Below are positions 1 to 4,801 of a stretch of DNA of 5,935 bases, piece after piece (the first letter of the stretch is position 1; each line of letters opens with the position of its first letter). Position numbers and translations under genes: made by a program. The stretch spans positions 1 to 5,935 of the forward strand of contig JAJRZD010000103.1 in assembly GCA_024275415.1 (NCBI GenBank), read 5' to 3'. The notes below the pieces were generated by a model. That model was given only the letters and a program-made list of their open reading frames with translations, was not told the DNA's origin and did not search any database. The stretch is from an archaeon. Its GTDB lineage: Archaea > Asgardarchaeota > Thorarchaeia > Thorarchaeales > Thorarchaeaceae.

Positions 1-1
1 A

Positions 2-643
2 GTGCGAACCACTGTGATATACCCCACAGGCACGGACTATGGTAAATGGTATCTGGATCTTTTTGAAAACCTCGAATTCATTGATGTGCTCGGTGAACAG
101 ACAGAGCTTCTAATGGAACGCCCTGAAGAGAGTATTAGCATTCAACCCATTACAGACATCGAGATTCTTGATGCAGATGCTTTTTCCGACGAGGAGATTG
201 CAAGGCTTACTGTTGACTGCTTCACTTCAGCTGAAGCAGATAGAATCATCCACAGGGGCCATGTATCAGTCACCGAGTATGAGGCGTCATTAGACATCAC
301 TCATCGAATCCGTTCGGAACAGATAGGACGATGCCCATCAGGATGCTGGAAAGTTGCAGTGGCTGATGGGCGTCTTATCGGTTTGGTCGGATCCATGCTA
401 TCTCGGAGCCATACCACGCCACAAGTAGGTGTGCTTGGCCCAGTAGGGGTACTTCCTGAATATCGTAGGAAAAGAATTGCTCGGCTCTTGGTCAGCAGTG
501 TCCTGAACGTTCTATTCAAGAATGAATGCCAGTATGCTGCCGCAAGTACGCCATCGCACAACTATCCTGCAATCTCATTGTATACTGACATGGGATTCTC
601 AGTATCCAAACTGTTGCACTGGTTTAGTAAAACTATAGAATAA
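2..643 (+). CDS. GNAT-family N-acetyltransferase, probably 5'-truncated by the window edge (likely the C-terminal part of a tandem-GNAT protein)
   Basis: Acetyl-CoA-binding motif A-like GPVGVLPEYRRKRIARLLV (from 437) and motif B-like NYPAISLYTDMGF, preceded by a typical beta-strand WKVAVADGRLIGLV. The frame is open from the first codon of the window, so GTG at 2 may not be the true start. LFENLEF (59-79) resembles the L[YF]xxxGF end of a preceding GNAT domain. Stop TAA at 641-643. Confidence 0.88.
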   Translation: MRTTVIYPTGTDYGKWYLDLFENLEFIDVLGEQTELLMERPEESISIQPITDIEILDADAFSDEEIARLTVDCFTSAEADRIIHRGHVSVTEYEASLDITHRIRSEQIGRCPSGCWKVAVADGRLIGLVGSMLSRSHTTPQVGVLGPVGVLPEYRRKRIARLLVSSVLNVLFKNECQYAAASTPSHNYPAISLYTDMGFSVSKLLHWFSKTIE

Positions 644-846
644 GAATCAACAGTACTGAACCAGGTGAGCAATACTACTGTTACTCTATGCTGCCATCAT
701 ATGCGCCCGAAACGACCCCGCCTGAGTTATTCGATTTCAAACCACGTTTATTTGTCCTTAATGGGATAGAAGCCGCTGCTATTGTGGTTGTTTTCATTCA
801 AAAAAGCAATGAGCCTGTACAAGTCCCATGAGAGTATACACTCTGA

Positions 847-872
847 TTTTTCTGGATGTTTTTCTCTTTTTT
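847..872 (+). terminator. Oligo-T tracts, possible archaeal-type termination region downstream of the GNAT gene
   Basis: Three T runs (TTTTTCT-like) in TTTTTCTGGATGTTTTTCTCTTTTTT, directly after a short imperfect hairpin ATGAGAGT-ATAC-ACTCTGAT (828-847). It lies about 200 nt past the stop, so the assignment is weak. Confidence 0.3.
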
Positions 873-1047
873 CTAATCATTTCGTATATGGAATTCGGCT
901 TGTACCGACATTTATTAGGCTAGAGATTCTAAGAAATAGAAGGGTATCCGTCATGACCCAGTTCAAGGGAACGGAGTTGTCTTACCGTTTTGAGTTCCAC
1001 TACCTTTGATGGATTTGGAAATTGAACTACAGGCGTGACCATAAATA

Positions 1048-1056
1048 GAGGAGATG
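1048..1056 (+). promoter_or_regulatory. Shine-Dalgarno-like site for the TTG start at 1061
   Basis: GAGGAGATG resembles the archaeal GGAGGTGA consensus. GAGGAG ends 7 nt before TTG 1061. Confidence 0.6.
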
Positions 1057-1060
1057 ACAC

Positions 1061-4000
1061 TTGAAACCGAAAGCATTTGCAATTCTTGCTCTGATAATAT
1101 TAGTGGCACAGCCACTTGTGATTGCGAGTACAACATTCGTTGTTCCAATCATTGAAAATTCGCCGTCCGTTTCTCAATCACTGTCACAGGAACCGGGAAC
1201 ACGATTAGCCCCCGAGGATCATACTGACCATGTCCCAATCTTCATCAACGGGACTGACGATTTTGTGTCGCAAGGATGGCCGGGGTCAGGAACAACAGGA
1301 GATCCTTACATCATTGCAGGGCTGAATATCACGTATGATATTGGACAACCTTGCATCTGGATCATTAACACTGATGCCTATTTCATCATCCGAGATACGT
1401 ATGTCGGTCAGGGAGTTACATCCACTGGCATCATAATAGAAAATACTACACATGCAACAATCGAGTATGTGACTGTTTCTGCATCCAGTGGTGCCATCAG
1501 GCTGACCAGCGCAGCCAACACCAGAATTACATATTCAAATTTCATAACTGCGAATCTCGACGCACTCGAGATGTCATATTCACCAGACTCCACTATAGAT
1601 AACAATTTCTTCAAATCATACAACCGCAGAGCATTATACATAACCAACTCAAATGGTCTCACTCTACACGATAACAAGTTACAGTCCATATCACCAGGAT
1701 GGTACACGGCCTACGTAGGGAACTCTAATGACACCACTGTTTCTAATGAGGAGGTAGAATATTCAGGTTATACAGCCTATGCATTAGGTCAGTCTTATAA
1801 TTCGGATATAACTGGCCTAATCCTGAATAGTGCCGATTTCGGATTACGTATTCTCTCTAGCCCTGACACTATTGTATCTGGAGTTCAAGTCAATGTGTCG
1901 GGCATCGGAATAGACACTACGGACTCGAACAGGACAGTGATACAAGATAGCACGATCATCCAAACGGGTGGTATTGGCATATCGATTCAGTCCTCAAACG
2001 ATGTCAATATCACAGGGAATCTAGTCAATAACACAAGTGGGTCAGGGATAGAAATCAATACTTCCAATGGTACACTGGTCGAGGAGAATGAGATTTCCTT
2101 CGCATCAGGAGATGGCATTCTTTTCTCGTTCGTGGACTCAGGAAAGGCGATCTCGAACGACATTCATGATATCAGTGGCTATCCAATCCAAATCCGAGAC
2201 TCTCATAATAGCCTCGTCAGTAAAAACTCGATTCGTGACAGCCCATCGAGTGCAGGAGTCGTAGTACAAAATGGAAATCCAGAGAACATCACCATTGCCG
2301 ATAACTATTTTGAGAACGCGTGGGGTGCTGTTTATTACAGTGGAGGCAGAAACACCAAAATATACCGGAATAATGCTACCGAAATGGCAAGCTACTTTCT
2401 GGCAATCCAGGCCCATAGCGATGCCGAGGTTGTGAACAATTCTGCTGTCGGACTTGTAGCTTCTTACGGAATATATCTGAGCACGGCTCCTAGGGCATAT
2501 ATCGAGGGGAACAGAATATATGACTCTGAGAACGGGATTTACTTCGGTACAAGCGCGACCAATGTCACGGTAATCAAGAATACGATTACAAGTACCAAAG
2601 TAGGAATCAATTTGAATGCAGGATCTACAAACACTGTCGTTGACCAAAATACCATAATAGGTGCTGATTATGGTATTAGCATTACAAATTCTGCTACCAG
2701 TACCTTCAGTAACAACAACCTCACAAATACAGGCTTTTACTTCGAACTAAATTATCCAGTATCCACGTTCCCACAAACTCTCCCAGATAATTTCGTGAAT
2801 GGAAAGCCTGTCTATTACAACATTGATACCGATGGCCTCTCATTAGATGGGACTAACTACGGACAAATCATTCTTGTCAACTGCTCGTACAGCACAATTA
2901 CTGGCGGTATCTTCCCATCCAGCAGCATTGCTATCGAAATCGTGTCAAGTCGTAATGTGACCATACAAGACATTGATATCCAAGGACAGCAAAGAGGACT
3001 ACTTGTTGACAGGTCGGCTAATTTCACAATTCGAGATTCGTCCATTGGAGATACCAAAGAATATGATGCAATATACATCTACACTTCTGTGGGATTCATG
3101 GCATCGAATCTCACAGTCACCTCAAGTTCTGTATCGGGAATCAATCTATACCTGTCAAATAACTTCACTATAACGGAATCGCAATTCACAGACCTCGCTG
3201 GTAGTAGTGGTGCTATATTCTCGATAGGTGGAGCTTACGGGACTGTGACAAACAGCCAATTCACTAACTGTTCTGTTGGAGTATACTTCAATGAGCAGGT
3301 AGCTTCTGAGGTCACCAATAACGATTTCCTCTGGTCTGGTGCTGCAATTAAAGGAGTCTGGTACTCGGTTGGAATCAATGTTTCGTTCAATTCAATTCAA
3401 GATGGGACTTATGGGATTGTAGTGGATAGTTTTTCAGATAATTGGGCAATCTTCAACAACACCATCCGATGGACTGACTATGGCATTTCGATTTCAGCTA
3501 GTACGAATCCGCGGATCTTCTTCAACACCATTGCACTGAACTTTTTTGATAATGGCGTTGATGACTCTGCCAACTTCTGGGACGATAACGTGGCAAATGG
3601 CAACTGGTGGGATGACTACACGCCTCCTGGCGTATATAACGTCGGAGGATCGGGTGGTGCACAAGACCGATATCCCATGCAGTACATGGTCAACGAGCCC
3701 ATCATCAACACCCCAATGGACATCTGGTACGCCGAGGGTTCGGAGGGAAACGAGATCTTCTGGGTTCCCTTCGACAACTGGCTGAAGAACTGGGAGGTCA
3801 CGGTCGATGGCGACCTTTGGGCTGAGGGTATCTGGAACTTCTTTAACATTACCGTGAACGTCGATGGGCTTCCTTATGGCGACCACACCGTGTTCATCAA
3901 GGTCTGGGACGTTGACCAGAACTGGGTCAATGATACCGTGATAGTACATGTCTTTGACGACACACCTCCAGAAATTGATAATCCACCAAACCAGTGGTTG

Positions 4001-4627
4001 TTCGTCGATGCCACAGGTCAGACAATCGACTGGGAAGTTTCAGACCTGAACCCGACGACCTACACCCTTGAGGTGGATGGCGTGGAGTTCGCTACTGGTA
4101 CTTGGAGCAGTGGGACACTCTCACTCAATGTGGATGACATTGATGAGGGTGAACACACCCTTGTCCTGACAGTCTACGACATTGATGGCAACTCAGCCTC
4201 AGACACGATCATAGTGCTCGTCATCAATGACGATACAGCTCCCGTGGTCACCGAGACCAACGATGTGGTATATGTAGAAGGGACTACCGGAAATGTCATC
4301 GAATGGGACGCACAGGACGAGTATCCCGCATCCTATCAGGTCGTGTTCAACGGGTCTGTCGTTGGGAGTGGGTCTTGGGGTGGGGCACGGATCATCTTCA
4401 ATGTAGATGGGCTTGCACCCGGGACGTACGAGTACACAGTAACCGTCTATGACATGAGCGGTAACTCTGCGACTAGCTCTGCAAACGTGACGGTGTTACC
4501 TTTTGTTCCCACAGAACCAGTGACACCCTTCGACCCGATATTGGCAATCATCATCGGTACTGCCATTGGTGGGGTTCTCGTGGCGGTAGCTGTCATATAC
4601 TATCTGAGAAAGAAACGTACTTCGTAA
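1061..4627 (+). CDS. Large type-I membrane-anchored surface protein: right-handed parallel beta-helix (NosD/CASH/PbH1-type) plus three Ig-like repeats and a C-terminal TM anchor; putative adhesin or glycan-binding surface glycoprotein
   Basis: 1188-aa ORF with TTG start and SD. Signal peptide MKPKAFAILALIILVAQPLVIA. N-cap DHVPIFINGTDDFVSQGWPGSGTTGDPYII (from 1226). 22-24 aa GIxIxxSxxxxIxxNxI repeats. Internal NFVNGKPVYY...GQIILVNC motif (2789-2884). C-cap NFWDD...GNWWDDY...DRYP (3572-3676). Three 90-aa repeats (3686-4498). TM helix ILAIIIGTAIGGVLVAVAVIYYL (4538-4606) followed by RKKRTS. ORF and architecture are secure; the function is inferred. Confidence 0.9.
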   Translation: MKPKAFAILALIILVAQPLVIASTTFVVPIIENSPSVSQSLSQEPGTRLAPEDHTDHVPIFINGTDDFVSQGWPGSGTTGDPYIIAGLNITYDIGQPCIWIINTDAYFIIRDTYVGQGVTSTGIIIENTTHATIEYVTVSASSGAIRLTSAANTRITYSNFITANLDALEMSYSPDSTIDNNFFKSYNRRALYITNSNGLTLHDNKLQSISPGWYTAYVGNSNDTTVSNEEVEYSGYTAYALGQSYNSDITGLILNSADFGLRILSSPDTIVSGVQVNVSGIGIDTTDSNRTVIQDSTIIQTGGIGISIQSSNDVNITGNLVNNTSGSGIEINTSNGTLVEENEISFASGDGILFSFVDSGKAISNDIHDISGYPIQIRDSHNSLVSKNSIRDSPSSAGVVVQNGNPENITIADNYFENAWGAVYYSGGRNTKIYRNNATEMASYFLAIQAHSDAEVVNNSAVGLVASYGIYLSTAPRAYIEGNRIYDSENGIYFGTSATNVTVIKNTITSTKVGINLNAGSTNTVVDQNTIIGADYGISITNSATSTFSNNNLTNTGFYFELNYPVSTFPQTLPDNFVNGKPVYYNIDTDGLSLDGTNYGQIILVNCSYSTITGGIFPSSSIAIEIVSSRNVTIQDIDIQGQQRGLLVDRSANFTIRDSSIGDTKEYDAIYIYTSVGFMASNLTVTSSSVSGINLYLSNNFTITESQFTDLAGSSGAIFSIGGAYGTVTNSQFTNCSVGVYFNEQVASEVTNNDFLWSGAAIKGVWYSVGINVSFNSIQDGTYGIVVDSFSDNWAIFNNTIRWTDYGISISASTNPRIFFNTIALNFFDNGVDDSANFWDDNVANGNWWDDYTPPGVYNVGGSGGAQDRYPMQYMVNEPIINTPMDIWYAEGSEGNEIFWVPFDNWLKNWEVTVDGDLWAEGIWNFFNITVNVDGLPYGDHTVFIKVWDVDQNWVNDTVIVHVFDDTPPEIDNPPNQWLFVDATGQTIDWEVSDLNPTTYTLEVDGVEFATGTWSSGTLSLNVDDIDEGEHTLVLTVYDIDGNSASDTIIVLVINDDTAPVVTETNDVVYVEGTTGNVIEWDAQDEYPASYQVVFNGSVVGSGSWGGARIIFNVDGLAPGTYEYTVTVYDMSGNSATSSANVTVLPFVPTEPVTPFDPILAIIIGTAIGGVLVAVAVIYYLRKKRTS
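1427..3571 (+). repeat. Degenerate protein-level parallel beta-helix (PbH1-like) repeats in two blocks (about 1427-2731 and 2885-3571)
   Basis: Consecutive units from 1907: GIDTTDSNRTVIQDSTIIQTGGI / GISIQSSNDVNITGNLVNNTSGS / GIEINTSNGTLVEENEISFASGD / GILFSFVDSGKAISNDIHDISGY. Later units include GIYLSTAPRAYIEGNRIYDSEN / GIYFGTSATNVTVIKNTITSTKV / GINLNAGSTNTVVDQNTIIGADY. The periodicity is visible in protein only, with no obvious DNA-level tandem repeat. Confidence 0.88.
3686..4498 (+). repeat. Three tandem 90-aa Ig-like beta-sandwich repeats (R1 3686-3955, R2 3956-4225, R3 4229-4498)
   Basis: Shared pattern P-x-[IV]...G..I-x-W...D......V..[DN]G.....G-x-W......NVD[GD][LI]..G.[HY]...[IV]xVxD..[GQ]N......V.V. 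Each unit is 270 nt. The Ig-like fold is inferred from the alternating beta-strand pattern and length. Confidence 0.85.
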
Positions 4628-4633
4628 GACTCT

Positions 4634-4671
4634 GGATATTCTGGGCGTTATGCCCGGGAATCCTTCTTTTT
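4634..4671 (+). terminator. GC-rich hairpin followed by a T-tract, intrinsic-terminator-like, 6 nt after the stop of 1061..4627
   Basis: GGATATTCTGGGC-GTTAT-GCCCGGGAATCC (4634-4663; core CTGGGC/GCCCGG with one G-U pair, bulged outer stem) followed by TTCTTTTT (4664-4671). Confidence 0.65.
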
Positions 4672-4709
4672 ATCTCAAAGTCTTGTTATTCCCTGTATCC
4701 TAAATAAAG

Positions 4710-4722
4710 CGAAATGTTAAAT
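4710..4722 (+). promoter_or_regulatory. Candidate archaeal BRE + TATA box for the downstream paralog
   Basis: CGAAA (4710-4714, BRE-like) immediately followed by TGTTAAAT (4715-4722, TATA-like). It lies downstream of the terminator and 55-80 nt upstream of the candidate ATGs at 4778 and 4802. Confidence 0.45.
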
Positions 4723-4789
4723 TCTCTCGTATATGCTCATTAGTGTTGTAGGTTCACGCTACAAGCGGGGATTAAAGATGCAACGCTCT

Positions 4790-4798
4790 GGAGACGAG
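4790..4798 (+). promoter_or_regulatory. Shine-Dalgarno-like site for ATG 4802
   Basis: GGAGACGAG, with GGAG (4790-4793) 8 nt before ATG 4802. An in-frame upstream ATG at 4778, preceded by GGGG at 4767-4770, is an alternative start. Confidence 0.45.
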
Positions 4799-4801
4799 AT
4801 T

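Noticed and set aside
882-890. TCGTATATG shared by both upstream regions (882-890 and 4727-4735)
   Set aside because: One 9-mer match between AT-rich regions of 417 and 174 nt is close to chance expectation, and the distances to the start codons differ widely.
649-941. Short inverted repeats: AACAGTA/TACTGTT (649-682), palindrome CAGTACTG (651-658), GTACAAG/CTTGTAC (817-905), TTCTA/TAGAA (927-941)
   Set aside because: Stems of 4-7 bp are expected by chance. There is no transposase, target-site duplication or consistent operator spacing.
782-1009. 75-aa + strand ORF in the intergenic region, and minus-strand ORF 963..1148
   Set aside because: Non-ATG starts, no SD, no recognisable motif. The 782 ORF runs through the T-tracts, and 963..1148 overlaps the signal peptide of the large gene.
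644-1060. tRNA, CRISPR array, purine riboswitch (GAGTTCCACTACC loosely resembles AGUUUCUACC) or hammerhead ribozyme in the 417-nt spacer
   Set aside because: No cloverleaf or TTCGA arm in context, no spaced direct repeats, and the other conserved riboswitch and ribozyme nucleotides are absent.
1061-1090. KA-FA at the N-terminus fits a class III (archaellin/pilin) signal-peptide pattern
   Set aside because: The paralog (MQKKILIV) lacks the G/A at -1, and both proteins have a plausible SPase I site (VIA-S, ILA-G) after the hydrophobic core.
3494-3949. 151-aa minus-strand ORF, and the other short ORFs overlapping the main genes (301-561, 1408-1707, 2067-2264, 2138-2647, 2857-3078, 2973-3173, 3546-3785, 3616-3849, 4996-5265, 5391-5585)
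   Set aside because: All lie within well-supported + strand genes, have no recognisable motifs, and are explained as shadow frames. The 3494-3949 ORF coincides with the high-GC3 segment, where antisense stops are depleted.
1061-4627. Calling the gene nosD (nitrous oxide reductase accessory protein)
   Set aside because: It shares only the NosD/CASH-type fold. It is far longer than NosD, has Ig-like repeats and a TM anchor, and no nos genes are in the window.
3662-4627. Diversity-generating retroelement target (Ig-like C-terminal domains)
   Set aside because: No reverse transcriptase, template repeat or adenine-specific near-duplicate is visible in the window, and the paralog differences are not A-biased.
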